A stretch of 53,373 nucleotides of DNA from Gaiellaceae bacterium (GCA_036557145.1 DATBIC010000076.1:1-53373), one strand, 5' to 3'. Shown: positions 9,724-18,757, counted from the stretch's first letter. Notes: generated by a model not told the origin, from the letters alone. Numbers and translations are program-made.

Positions 9724-10875
9724 GTGTCGTTCTCGGGAGCGATGATCCAGAACGCGATCTACATCGCGCAGCAGCCGCCCGAGTGGCCGATCTCGGTCGA
9801 CGACTGGGAGCGCGCCGCCGCCGCGCGGCTCGACCCCGGCGCCTACGGTTACATCGCGGGCGGCGCGGGCGCCGAGTCGACGATGCGCGCGAACCTGGAG
9901 GCGTTCGACCGCCACCGGATCCGCCCACGCATGCTCTCCGGCAATGTCTCGCGGAACCTGTCGGTCGACGTGCTCGGCCTGCACTCGCCCGCCCCGTTCC
10001 TGCTCGCGCCGATCGGCGTGCTCTCGATCGCGCATGAGGACGCCGAGCCCGCGGTCGGCCGTGCGAGCGCGTCGTCCGGCATTCCGATGGTCCTCTCCGG
10101 CGCCGCGACGCACTCGCTCGAGGAGGTCGCCGAGACCGGCTGCCCGCGCTGGTACCAGCTTTACTGGCCGAACGACCGCGACCTCTGCGCGAGCTTCGTC
10201 GCGCGCGCCGAGGCGGCCGGCTACACGGCGATCGTCGTCACGCTCGACACGCTGATGCTCGGCTGGCGGCCGCGCGACCTGCGCTCCGCCTATCTGCCGT
10301 TCCTGCACGGCGAGGGCTGCGGCGTCTACTTCAGCGACCCGGTCTTCCTCTCGCGGCTCGCGAAGCCGCCCACCGAGGACCCGCTCACCGCTGCCGCCAC
10401 CATGCTCATGCACTTCCCGAACCTCGGCCTGACGTGGGACGACCTCGACTGGCTGCGCAGCGCGACCTCGCTGCCGCTGCTCGTCAAGGGCGTCCTTCGC
10501 GCCGACGACGCCGAGCGGGCGCTCGAGCACGGCATCGACGGCGTGATCGTCTCGAACCACGGCGGGCGGCAGGTCGACGGTGCCGTCGCCGCGCTCGACG
10601 CGCTGGTCGAGGTCCGTGACGCGCTCCCCGACGCGGTCGTCTTGATGGACGGCGGCATCCGCTGCGGCGCCGACGTCGTGAAGGCGATCGCGCTCGGCGC
10701 CGACACCGTCCTGCTCGGCCGGCCCTACGCCTATGCGCTCGCGGTCGGAGGCCAGCGCGGCGTCGAGGAGCTGATCCAGAACCTGATGGCGGAGATCGAC
10801 CTCACCCTCGCGCTCGCCGGCGCCGAGTCCGCGCGCGCACTCGACCGCTCGTGGCTGACACCGGCGTCGTCCTGA
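9724..10875 (+). CDS. FMN-dependent alpha-hydroxy acid oxidase/dehydrogenase (lactate 2-monooxygenase/LldD family)
   Basis: 383-aa ORF with motifs YGYIAGGAG.EST, WYQLYW, IVVTLD, LLVKGV, VIVSNHGGRQVDG and GADTVLLGRPY. Confidence 0.85.
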   Translation: MSFSGAMIQNAIYIAQQPPEWPISVDDWERAAAARLDPGAYGYIAGGAGAESTMRANLEAFDRHRIRPRMLSGNVSRNLSVDVLGLHSPAPFLLAPIGVLSIAHEDAEPAVGRASASSGIPMVLSGAATHSLEEVAETGCPRWYQLYWPNDRDLCASFVARAEAAGYTAIVVTLDTLMLGWRPRDLRSAYLPFLHGEGCGVYFSDPVFLSRLAKPPTEDPLTAAATMLMHFPNLGLTWDDLDWLRSATSLPLLVKGVLRADDAERALEHGIDGVIVSNHGGRQVDGAVAALDALVEVRDALPDAVVLMDGGIRCGADVVKAIALGADTVLLGRPYAYALAVGGQRGVEELIQNLMAEIDLTLALAGAESARALDRSWLTPASS

Positions 10876-11882
10876 GCGCTCCCGGCCGGGTCGCCCTCGA
10901 GGAGATCCGCGTCGACGAGCCGGCTCCGGGCGAAGTGCTCGTCCGGATCGAAGCGACCGGCGTCTGCCACTCCGACCAGCACGTGATCGACGAGGACGGG
11001 TGGGGGCATCCGTTCCCGGTGCTGCTCGGCCACGAGGGCGCCGGCATCGTCGAGCGCGTCGGCGAGGGCGTCCAGGCGGTCGCGGTCGGGGACCGCGTCG
11101 TCCTCGGCTGGAAGACGGCGTGCGGCGAGTGCGCTGCCTGCCTGCGCGGCGAGCCGCGGCGGTGCCGGAAGCCTCCCGCGGCGGCCGGGCGCCTCCACCG
11201 CGCGGACGGAAGCGTCCTGACGCCGGTCCTGCGCACGGGCACGTTTGCGACCCACACGGTCGTGCCCGAGGTCGCCGCAGTGCGCATCCCGGACGAGTTG
11301 CCGTCCGAGCAGGCGTGCCTGATCGGCTGCGCCGTCGCGACCGGCGTGATGTCGGTGCTCGAGACGGCGAAGGTCTGGGCCGGCGCGCGCGTCGCGGTGA
11401 TCGGCTGCGGCGCGGTTGGGCTCTCGGCGATCCAGGGCGCGCGCATCGCCGGGGCGTCGGAGATCCGCGCGATCGACCTCGACGCCCGCAAGCTCGAGCA
11501 AGCCCGCGGCTTCGGCGCAACGCACGTCGAGCCGGGCCCCGTCGAGTTCGTCTTCGACGTCGTCGGCCGCCGCTCGACGTTCGAGCAAGGGCTCTCGCTG
11601 CTCGTCTCCGGTGGGACGTACGTGCTCGTCGGCCTCTCGCCCGCAGGCGAGCGTGCCGAGGTCGTGCTGCCCTCGCTGTTCGCGAAGCGAACGGCGATCG
11701 TCGTCTCGCACGGCGGCGACTACGTGGCGCAGGACGACTTCCCGCGGCTCGCGGCGCTCGCGCTCGAGGGCAAGCTCGACCTCGCCGGCATGGTGACGCG
11801 GACCGCGCCGCTCGAGGACTGGGAGGCAGCGTTCGCGGCGATGCGCGACGGCGAGGTGATCCGGACGGTGCTCACGCCGTGA
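10851..11882 (+). CDS. Zinc-dependent alcohol dehydrogenase (MDR family)
   Basis: GVCHSDQH, LGHEGAGIVE, the structural-zinc motif CGECAACLRGEPRRC and Rossmann motif VAVIGCGAVG. Confidence 0.85.
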   Translation: MADTGVVLSAPGRVALEEIRVDEPAPGEVLVRIEATGVCHSDQHVIDEDGWGHPFPVLLGHEGAGIVERVGEGVQAVAVGDRVVLGWKTACGECAACLRGEPRRCRKPPAAAGRLHRADGSVLTPVLRTGTFATHTVVPEVAAVRIPDELPSEQACLIGCAVATGVMSVLETAKVWAGARVAVIGCGAVGLSAIQGARIAGASEIRAIDLDARKLEQARGFGATHVEPGPVEFVFDVVGRRSTFEQGLSLLVSGGTYVLVGLSPAGERAEVVLPSLFAKRTAIVVSHGGDYVAQDDFPRLAALALEGKLDLAGMVTRTAPLEDWEAAFAAMRDGEVIRTVLTP

Positions 11883-12295
11883 GCCACCTCGCGTACCTGC
11901 GGCAGATCATCGCGGGCGAGGTGCAGGGCGCGCCCGTCGCGGACCTGCTCGGCATGCGAATGACCGAGGCCGAGGTGGGCCGCGTGACCTTCGAGCTCGA
12001 CGTCGGCCCGCAGCACACGAGCCCGCCCGGCACGCTGCACGGCGGCATCGTGTGCGACCTGGCCGACGCGGCGATGGGCTGCGCCAACCTCACCCGCCTC
12101 GAGCCGGACGAGCTGTTCACGACGGTCGAGCTGAAGATCAACTTCCTCAAGGCGGTGTGGCAGGGACGCCTGACCGCGGTCGGTTCCGTGCTGCGCGGAG
12201 GGAGGACGCTCGCGCTCCTGGAGTGCCGGGTCACCGACGAGGAGGGTGCGCTGGTCGCCTACGCGACGTCGACGTGCATGACCCTGCGCGACTAG
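11879..12295 (+). CDS. PaaI family (hotdog-fold) thioesterase
   Basis: Coding tail of ORF 11000-12295. GTG 11879 overlaps the ADH stop (GTGA). Motif GTLHGGIVCDLADAAMG. Confidence 0.8.
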   Translation: MSHLAYLRQIIAGEVQGAPVADLLGMRMTEAEVGRVTFELDVGPQHTSPPGTLHGGIVCDLADAAMGCANLTRLEPDELFTTVELKINFLKAVWQGRLTAVGSVLRGGRTLALLECRVTDEEGALVAYATSTCMTLRD

Positions 12296-12305
12296 GATCG
12301 GCGCC

Positions 12306-13460
12306 GTGGACCTGCGCGACACGCCCGAGGAGGCCGCCTTCCGCGCCGAGGTTCGCTCGTTCATCGAGGAGAACCTCCCCGACGGCTCGAAGGCGCGCGG
12401 CGCGCGCCGCTTCGAGGACGCCGACCGCGACTGGAGCCGCAAGCTCGGCGAGGCCGGCTACGCAGGCCTCACGTGGCCGAAGGAGTTCGGCGGCGCCGGC
12501 GCGCCGTACAGCCACCAGGCGATCTACCTCGAAGAGCTCGCGCGGGCCGAGGCGCCCTCGCACCTCGGCGTGATCGGGCTCGGCATGGCCGGGCCGACGA
12601 TCATCGCGTGGGGCACCGACGAGCAGAAGGACCGCCACCTCGCGAAGATCCTGAGCGCGGACGAGATCTGGTGCCAGGGCTTCTCCGAGCCCGACGCCGG
12701 CAGCGACCTCGCGGCCGCGCGGACGCGGATCGAGGACAAGGGCGACCACTTCGTCGTCAACGGCCAGAAGGTGTGGTCGTCGTTCGCGCACATCGCCGAC
12801 TTCTGCATCCTCGTCGGCCTCGGCGTCCCCGATGCGCCGCGCTACAAGAACCTCACGTACGTGATCGCCGACATGCACGCGCCGGGCGTCGAGGTGCGGC
12901 CGCTCGTGCAGATCACCGGGCACCCGGAGTTCAACGAGATCTTCTTCACCGACGTACGAGTGCCGAAGGAGAACCTGCTCGGCGAGGTCGGCGGCGGCTG
13001 GCAGGTGGCGATGACGACGCTGCTGCACGAGCGCGGCACGCTCGGCTTCGCGCTCGCGGCGACGCTCGACGTCGCCGTGCGCAAGCTGGTCGCGCTCGCG
13101 AAGGAGCGCAACGTCACGGATCCGATCCTCCGCGACCGGATCGCGCGCGAGTGGGTGGAGCTGCAGGCGCTCCGCTACACGAACTACCGCGCGCTGACGA
13201 CGCTCCAGAAGACGGGCATTCCGGGGCCGGAGGGCTCGGCGTCGAAGCTCGTCTGGTCGGAGAACAACCAGCGCCTGACGAAGCTCGCGCTGGAGATCCT
13301 CGGCTCGCATGCCCAGCTCACCGACGGCGGCGGCTACGCCGACGGGTACTGGCAGTACCAGCAGCTCCGCTCGCGCGGCAATACGATCGAGGCCGGCACG
13401 AGCGAGATCCTCCGCAACATCGTCGCCGAGCGCGTGCTCGGCCTCCCGAGGAGTCGCTAG
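12306..13460 (+). CDS. Acyl-CoA dehydrogenase family protein (full-length partner)
   Basis: 384-aa ORF. Motifs WCQGFSEPDAGSDLAA, NGQKVWSSFA and the C-terminal GTSEILRNIVAERVLGLP are typical of actinobacterial FadE proteins. Confidence 0.9.
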   Translation: MDLRDTPEEAAFRAEVRSFIEENLPDGSKARGARRFEDADRDWSRKLGEAGYAGLTWPKEFGGAGAPYSHQAIYLEELARAEAPSHLGVIGLGMAGPTIIAWGTDEQKDRHLAKILSADEIWCQGFSEPDAGSDLAAARTRIEDKGDHFVVNGQKVWSSFAHIADFCILVGLGVPDAPRYKNLTYVIADMHAPGVEVRPLVQITGHPEFNEIFFTDVRVPKENLLGEVGGGWQVAMTTLLHERGTLGFALAATLDVAVRKLVALAKERNVTDPILRDRIAREWVELQALRYTNYRALTTLQKTGIPGPEGSASKLVWSENNQRLTKLALEILGSHAQLTDGGGYADGYWQYQQLRSRGNTIEAGTSEILRNIVAERVLGLPRSR

Positions 13461-14308
13461 TGGACCTTTCCTTCACGCCGGAGCAGGACGACCTCCGCCG
13501 CGAGGCGCGCGCGTTCCTCGAGGCGAATCCGTCGCCGTCGCTCGAGCAGCTCTCGGAGCTCGGCTGGGTCGGGATCCTGCAGAGCGACGACTTCACGTTC
13601 CTCGACGCAGCCGTGCTGTTCGAGGAGCTCGGCCGCGTGCTCTACGACGGCCCGTACGTCCTCAACGAGGTCGCGGGGCAGGGGGGAGACGAGGTCTGGT
13701 CGATCGAGGTCGACGGGTTCGTCCCGCACCTCGACCAGGTCGACCGCGTGCTCACTCCCGACATGAGCGGGCGGCCGGCGCAAGGTGAGACGGTCGCCAC
13801 CGTCGACGAGACGCTGCGCCTCGGGCGCCTCACCGCCGACGGCACAGCCGCGGCCACGGGCGACTGGGAGGAGGTTCGCCGGCGCCTGCTCGCCGCGCTC
13901 GCGCTCGAGGCGGTCGGGATCGGCTCGAAGGCGGTCGAGCTTGCAATCGAATACGCCGGCTCGCGCGAGCAGTTCGGCAAGAAGATCGGCAGCTACCAGG
14001 CGATCTCGCATCCGCTCGTCGACGCATACGTCGCCGTCGAGCTCTCGCGTTCGCTCGCGTACTGGGCGGCGTGGGCGGTCGCCGAGCACGACGAGCAGGC
14101 CGGCCTCGCCGTCGCGTCGGCGAAGTCGCAGGCGTCGGAGGCGGCCGTGCTCGCGTGCGAACGGTCGATCCAGGCGCACGGCGGCATCGGCTTCACGTGG
14201 GAGCACCCGCTGCACCGCTACTACAAGCGCGCGCTGTGGCTGGAGGGCGCGCTCGGGTACGGACGCGAGCTGCGCGCCGAGGTGGCTGCATCCCTGCTTG
14301 CTTCGTAA
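13460..14308 (+). CDS. Acyl-CoA dehydrogenase-like protein, short form (putative second subunit)
   Basis: Coding tail of ORF 12473-14308. GTG 13460 overlaps the preceding TAG (TAGTG). Its C-terminal half is ACAD-like (REQFGKKIGSYQAISHPLVD, HGGIGFTWEHPLHRYYKRA), but it is only about 282 aa. Confidence 0.75.
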   Translation: MDLSFTPEQDDLRREARAFLEANPSPSLEQLSELGWVGILQSDDFTFLDAAVLFEELGRVLYDGPYVLNEVAGQGGDEVWSIEVDGFVPHLDQVDRVLTPDMSGRPAQGETVATVDETLRLGRLTADGTAAATGDWEEVRRRLLAALALEAVGIGSKAVELAIEYAGSREQFGKKIGSYQAISHPLVDAYVAVELSRSLAYWAAWAVAEHDEQAGLAVASAKSQASEAAVLACERSIQAHGGIGFTWEHPLHRYYKRALWLEGALGYGRELRAEVAASLLAS

Positions 14309-15084
14309 CCGGCGCGTCGAGCGGCATCGGGCGAGCGACGGGCGAGCACCTGCTCGCACTCGGCTGGGCCGTGCACGCGTCGGTGCGGAACGCGGGCGAC
14401 GCGCCCACCGGCTCGCAGGAGCTGCTCTTCGACGTCACCGACCCGGGGGCGATCGCGGCCGCGGCGGCGGGCATCGAGCGGCTCGACGGGCTCGTCGCGA
14501 ACGCCGGCATCGCGATCGCCGCTCCGCTCGAGTTCCTGCCGCCGGAGGAGCTCGCGCACCAGCTCGACGTCAACGTCGTCGGGCAGCTGCGCGTGCTCCA
14601 GGCGTTCCTGCCCGCCGTGCGGGCGGCGCGCGGCCGCGTCGTCATCGTCGGCTCGATCCAGGGCCGCTCGGCGCTCCCGTTCCTGGGCGCCTACGGGATG
14701 AGCAAGTTCGCGCTCGAGGCGATGGCGGACGCGCTCCGGCTCGAGCTGCAGCCGTGGGGGATCCACGTCGCGATCGTCGAGCCCGGCCTGATCGCGACGC
14801 CGATGTGGACCAAGCCGCAGCGGACGCTGGAGAGCTACCCGCCCGAGGCGGCCGAGCTGTACGGCGCTCGCGTCGAGCGCTTCCGCCGGGTGGCGGCGGA
14901 GCGCTCGTCGCAGCACGGCGTCCCGGCATCCCTCGTCGCGACGGCGATCGAGCACGCGCTGACCGCAGCCAGGCCGAGGACGCGTTACGTCGTCGGCCCC
15001 GACGCGAAGAAGCGCGCCCACGTCCAGCGCCTGCCCGACCGCGCCAGGGACCGCGTGCTGACGCGCTTCCTGTTCGGGTCGTAG
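14236..15084 (+). CDS. Short-chain dehydrogenase/reductase (SDR); start codon uncertain
   Basis: TGASSGIG, NAGI and the YGMSK catalytic motif. The first canonical in-frame start (GTG 14236) adds an Arg-rich 18-aa leader. ATC 14290 would give the usual spacing before VTGASSGIG. Confidence 0.8.
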   Translation: MAGGRARVRTRAARRGGCIPACFVTGASSGIGRATGEHLLALGWAVHASVRNAGDAPTGSQELLFDVTDPGAIAAAAAGIERLDGLVANAGIAIAAPLEFLPPEELAHQLDVNVVGQLRVLQAFLPAVRAARGRVVIVGSIQGRSALPFLGAYGMSKFALEAMADALRLELQPWGIHVAIVEPGLIATPMWTKPQRTLESYPPEAAELYGARVERFRRVAAERSSQHGVPASLVATAIEHALTAARPRTRYVVGPDAKKRAHVQRLPDRARDRVLTRFLFGS

Positions 15085-15093
15085 GATCACGGC

Positions 15094-15495
15094 ATGGGCT
15101 ATTCGGTGAACTCACTCGACGCCCTCGGGGAGGGCTACGGCTTCCGCAAGGTGCGCAAGGAGCTCGGCGTGAGCGCGTTCGGCGTCAACGCGCTGGTCTT
15201 TCCGCCGGGCTACGACGGCCCCGCGCACTATCACGACTTGCAGGACGAGCTGTACTTCGTCCATCGCGGCACGGCGACGTTCCTGATCGACGACACGGAG
15301 CACGTGGTGGAGACGGGTGGGCTCGTCCACGTCGAGTCCACGACGCCGCGCCAGGTTTCCAACCGCGGCAGCGAGGATCTCGTGCTGCTGGTCGTCGGCG
15401 GCAAGGACGGGTACGTCGAGCGCGACGGGCAGCTCGTTGATCCGGAGCGCGACCTCGCGCGGCGGCAGGCGCTGGCGAAGGGAGAGCTCACGTGA
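15094..15495 (+). CDS. Cupin domain protein
   Basis: 133-aa ORF with an ATG start and cupin motifs HYHDLQDELYFVHRGTATF...GGLVHV. Confidence 0.8.
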   Translation: MGYSVNSLDALGEGYGFRKVRKELGVSAFGVNALVFPPGYDGPAHYHDLQDELYFVHRGTATFLIDDTEHVVETGGLVHVESTTPRQVSNRGSEDLVLLVVGGKDGYVERDGQLVDPERDLARRQALAKGELT

Positions 15496-17108
15496 ACGGC
15501 CTGATGATGGACTACCAGCTCACGTTGCCGACGCTGTTGCGCCGTGCCGAAACGTACTCGGCCGACGCGGAGCTGGTCGCGCGGCTCGCCGACCGGAGCT
15601 TCCAGCGGAGCACGTACGGCGAGTCGTGCCGTCGCGCGCGGGCGCTCGCGGTCGGGCTGCACGAGCTCGGCCTCCAACGGGGCGACCGAGTCGCGACGCT
15701 CTGCTGGAACCACCTCGCGCACCACGAGGCGTACCTCGGCATCCCGTGCGGCGGCTTCGTCCTGCACACGCTCAACCTGCGTCTGCACCCGAACGATCTC
15801 GCGTACATCGCGACGCACGCGAACGATCGCGCCGTGATCGTCGACCGCAGCCTGATCCCGCTGCTCGACCAGTTCCGCGACCGCACCAACATCGAGCACG
15901 TGCTCGTGGTCGAGGACGGCTACGAGGAGCTCGTCGCCGGCTCCGACCCCGACGCGTGGCAGGACCCGCAGCTCGACGAGGACGAGGCGGCCGCCATGTG
16001 CTACACGAGTGGCACCACCGGGCTGCCGAAGGGCGTGCTCTACTCGCACCGCTCGACGATGCTGCACACGCTCGGCGTCGCCGCGGGGAACCCGATGAGC
16101 CTGGGCATCTCGGATCAGGACGTGATCCTCCCGGTCGTGCCGATGTTCCATGCGAACGCGTGGGGCTACCCGTATCTGGGGACGATGATCGGCGCGAAGC
16201 TCGTCTACCCGGGCCCGTTCCTCGACCCGGAGAGCCTGCTCGACGCGTTCGTCTCCGAGCGCGTCACGTGGACGGCCGGTGTGCCGACGATCTGGCTCGG
16301 CATCCTGCAGCTGCTCGACGCGAACCCCGGCCGCTGGGACCTCTCGCACATGAAGGGCATGCTCGTCGGCGGCTCGGCGGCGCCGCGCGCGATGATCGCC
16401 GGGTTCAAGGAGCGCCACGGCCTCAACGTCGTTCACGGCTGGGGGATGACCGAGACGTCGCCGGTCGCGTCGACGGCGCAGCTTCCCGGCGAGCTCGCGC
16501 ATGCCGACCCCGACACGCGCTACGACTTCATCGCGATGCAGGGGCGGCCGCTGCCGCTCGTCGAGCTGCGCCACCGCGACGAGGAGGGGAACGTGCTGCC
16601 GTGGGACGGCGAGTCGATGGGCGAGCTCGAGACGCGCGGCCCGTGGGTCGCGGCGGCGTACTACGAGACGCCGGAGGAGGGCCGCTGGACCGACGACGGC
16701 TGGTTCCGGACCGGCGACGTCGTGACGATCCATCCGCGCGGCTTCATCCAGATCAAGGACCGGTCGAAGGACGTGATCAAGTCCGGCGGCGAGTGGATCT
16801 CGTCGGTCGACCTCGAGAACGCGCTGATGGCGCATCCGGCGATCGCGGAGGCGGCAGTGATCGCGATCCCCGACGAGAAATGGGACGAGCGCCCGCTCGC
16901 GGCCGTGGTGCTGCGCGAGGGCCAGTCGGCCACCGCCGACGACCTCCGCGCGTTTCTCGCGCCCGACTTCGCCAAGTGGTGGCTGCCCGACCGCTTCGAG
17001 TTCATCGCTGAGATCCCGAAGACGAGCGTCGGCAAGTTCCGGAAGACCGAGCTCCGAGAGATGTTCGCGTCGGATCCCGCCGCGGCTGCCGCCACGCCCG
17101 CACCGTGA
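15492..17108 (+). CDS. Long-chain fatty acid-CoA ligase (AMP-binding enzyme)
   Basis: 538-aa ORF with the AMP-binding motifs YTSGTTGLPKGV and GWFRTGD. GTGA overlap with the cupin stop. Confidence 0.9.
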   Translation: MNGLMMDYQLTLPTLLRRAETYSADAELVARLADRSFQRSTYGESCRRARALAVGLHELGLQRGDRVATLCWNHLAHHEAYLGIPCGGFVLHTLNLRLHPNDLAYIATHANDRAVIVDRSLIPLLDQFRDRTNIEHVLVVEDGYEELVAGSDPDAWQDPQLDEDEAAAMCYTSGTTGLPKGVLYSHRSTMLHTLGVAAGNPMSLGISDQDVILPVVPMFHANAWGYPYLGTMIGAKLVYPGPFLDPESLLDAFVSERVTWTAGVPTIWLGILQLLDANPGRWDLSHMKGMLVGGSAAPRAMIAGFKERHGLNVVHGWGMTETSPVASTAQLPGELAHADPDTRYDFIAMQGRPLPLVELRHRDEEGNVLPWDGESMGELETRGPWVAAAYYETPEEGRWTDDGWFRTGDVVTIHPRGFIQIKDRSKDVIKSGGEWISSVDLENALMAHPAIAEAAVIAIPDEKWDERPLAAVVLREGQSATADDLRAFLAPDFAKWWLPDRFEFIAEIPKTSVGKFRKTELREMFASDPAAAAATPAP

Positions 17109-17821
17109 TCAAGACCGTCTGGCTCGACAACCCACCCGTCAACGCCGTCAACGCGGGGATCATCGACACGCTCTGGGCCGAGCTCGAGCACCTCGACGCC
17201 GACGTGCGCGTGGTCGTGCTGCGCGGCAAGGGCGGGCGCGCCTTCTCCGCCGGCGCCGACATCAGCGGCTTCCAGGGCGCCGGCGACCCGAGCGGGCGCC
17301 CCGCCGGCATCCAGCCGGTCGCCGACCTGATCGAGCACACCGAGGTGCCGGTGGTCGCCGCGATCCACGGGTACTGCCTCGGTGGCGGGCTCGAGATCGC
17401 GCTCGCGTGCGACTTCCGCATCGCGACCGAGGACGCGCAGCTCGGCTTCCCCGAGGTCAACCTCGGACTGCTCCCGGGCGGCGGCGGCACGCAGCGTGCA
17501 CCGAGGCTGATCTCGCCGGGCCGGGCGCGCTGGCTCGTGATGTCGGGCGAACGGATCCCGGCGCGGACGGCGGAGGCGTGGGGGCTCGTCGAGTTCGTCG
17601 TCGACGACCTCGAGGCGGGGATCGCCCGCTATGTCGAGCCGCTCGCGAATCAGTCGCCGCACGCGATCCGGCAGATCAAGTCGCTGCTGCACGACACCCG
17701 CGACGCGCGTGACGACGAGCGCGAGGTGCACGCGTTCGCCGCGTGCCTCGCCTCGGAGGACGGACAGGAAGGCGTCGCAGCGTTCCTCGAGAAGCGCGAG
17801 GCGAGGTGGTCCGGGCGCTGA
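17105..17821 (+). CDS. Enoyl-CoA hydratase/isomerase (crotonase family)
   Basis: 238-aa ORF with FSAGADI and GYCLGGGLEIALACDFRIA. GTGA overlap with the ligase stop. Confidence 0.9.
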   Translation: MIKTVWLDNPPVNAVNAGIIDTLWAELEHLDADVRVVVLRGKGGRAFSAGADISGFQGAGDPSGRPAGIQPVADLIEHTEVPVVAAIHGYCLGGGLEIALACDFRIATEDAQLGFPEVNLGLLPGGGGTQRAPRLISPGRARWLVMSGERIPARTAEAWGLVEFVVDDLEAGIARYVEPLANQSPHAIRQIKSLLHDTRDARDDEREVHAFAACLASEDGQEGVAAFLEKREARWSGR

Positions 17822-17905
17822 CGACGTGGCGGTCTGTGTCGTAAGGCCAGAGGCCAGGCACACGTGCCCGCCGCCGTATTCCCGCCGGGTCGCGGCAAGC
17901 CGCAC

Positions 17906-17941
17906 CTCCCGCCCCCGAGGGCGGCTCGGAGGGGACGGGAG
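17906..17941. terminator. Imperfect GC-rich hairpin between convergent genes, candidate bidirectional terminator
   Basis: CTCCCGCCCCCGAG-GGCGG-CTCGGAGGGGACGGGAG gives about 14 bp of stem with two bulges. No T tract follows. Confidence 0.3.
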
Positions 17942-17969
17942 GTGACGGCTCAGAGTCGGGCCGGCGGTG

Positions 17970-18668
17970 CTAGTTGTTGATGGTCGGGGTGGTGCTGACG
18001 CCATCGGCCACCGGGACGCACAGCGCCCACACGACGAGGTTCGTGTCGGAGCTTCCCACGTGGCCGAACTGGATGATCCAGCCGTCGAGGCGGCCGGTCT
18101 TCGGCGTGTTCGTGTTCCAGTCCATGCGACCAGGGAACGATGCCGCGACTTCGACCGGGTTCGCGACCGTCGTCATGTCCGTGGTGTTGTCGGTGTCCTG
18201 AACGCCTCCGGAGATCGCCACGTACTTCTGCGAGTTCGTGTCGTCAGTCGGATCGCAGGCGGCTGTGGCGATCGCGCCGACGCCGACCTGCTCGGTGTAG
18301 TTCTGGACGGAGTAGAACGCGCCGTTGAAGCCGCTGATCCCCTGCGGCCCCTGCGCACCGGTGGCGCCTGCTGGGCCGACGGGTCCCTGCGCGCCGGTTG
18401 CGCCCCGGAGGCCCGTAGCGCCCGTCGCTCCGGTCGCCCCTCTCGGCCCGGCGGGCCCGGCCGGGCCCTGCGGCCCGATCGGCCCCTGCACGCCCCGCGG
18501 TCCTGCCGCGCCGGCGAGCTTGCTCCGGGTCGACCTCGCGAGGTCGGCGACGGAGATCGTGCCCGGCTTGATCTGCCGGCTCGACGTGATCATGTACTTG
18601 TGGGCGGCGAACGCCCCGGTCACGGCGACGAGCGCAACGGCGAGCGCCGCCGGGATGGCGAACTTCAT
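17970..18668 (-). CDS. Secreted collagen-like triple-helix repeat protein with a C-terminal globular domain
   Basis: Signal peptide [21 protein letters not shown], then 21 uninterrupted Gly-X-Y triplets and a roughly 115-aa C-terminal domain. ATG 18668 is preferred over TTG 18671. Confidence 0.8.
   Translation of the reverse strand: MKFAIPAALAVALVAVTGAFAAHKYMITSSRQIKPGTISVADLARSTRSKLAGAAGPRGVQGPIGPQGPAGPAGPRGATGATGATGLRGATGAQGPVGPAGATGAQGPQGISGFNGAFYSVQNYTEQVGVGAIATAACDPTDDTNSQKYVAISGGVQDTDNTTDMTTVANPVEVAASFPGRMDWNTNTPKTGRLDGWIIQFGHVGSSDTNLVVWALCVPVADGVSTTPTINN
18324..18512 (-). repeat. Gly-X-Y (collagen) triplet repeat, 21 units, inside the CDS
   Basis: [63 protein letters not shown], read directly from the ORF translation. 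Confidence 0.9.
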
Positions 18669-18712
18669 CAAGGGACAACGACCCCTATTCTCCAGGCCGA
18701 ATTACAGTGAAT

Positions 18713-18757
18713 GACGTGGCGCAGGGGTTGGCCTGGAGTGGCCCCCTGCGCCACGTC
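18713..18757. promoter_or_regulatory. Perfect 15-bp inverted repeat (GACGTGGCGCAGGGG-N15-CCCCTGCGCCACGTC) in a divergent intergenic region
   Basis: All 15 pairs checked base by base. It lies 45 nt upstream of the collagen-like gene start and 81 nt upstream of the qor-like GTG. The function is unknown; the confidence value refers to the structure, not to a role. Confidence 0.5.

Noticed and set aside
18325-18714. Plus-strand ORF with PVAPVAP/GPAGP repeats, antisense to the collagen-like gene.
   Set aside because: It is the mirror image of the GXY-encoding repeat (GGN CCN periodicity). It lacks a signal peptide, and its start would lie inside the minus-strand gene. The minus-strand reading has a signal peptide and a globular domain.
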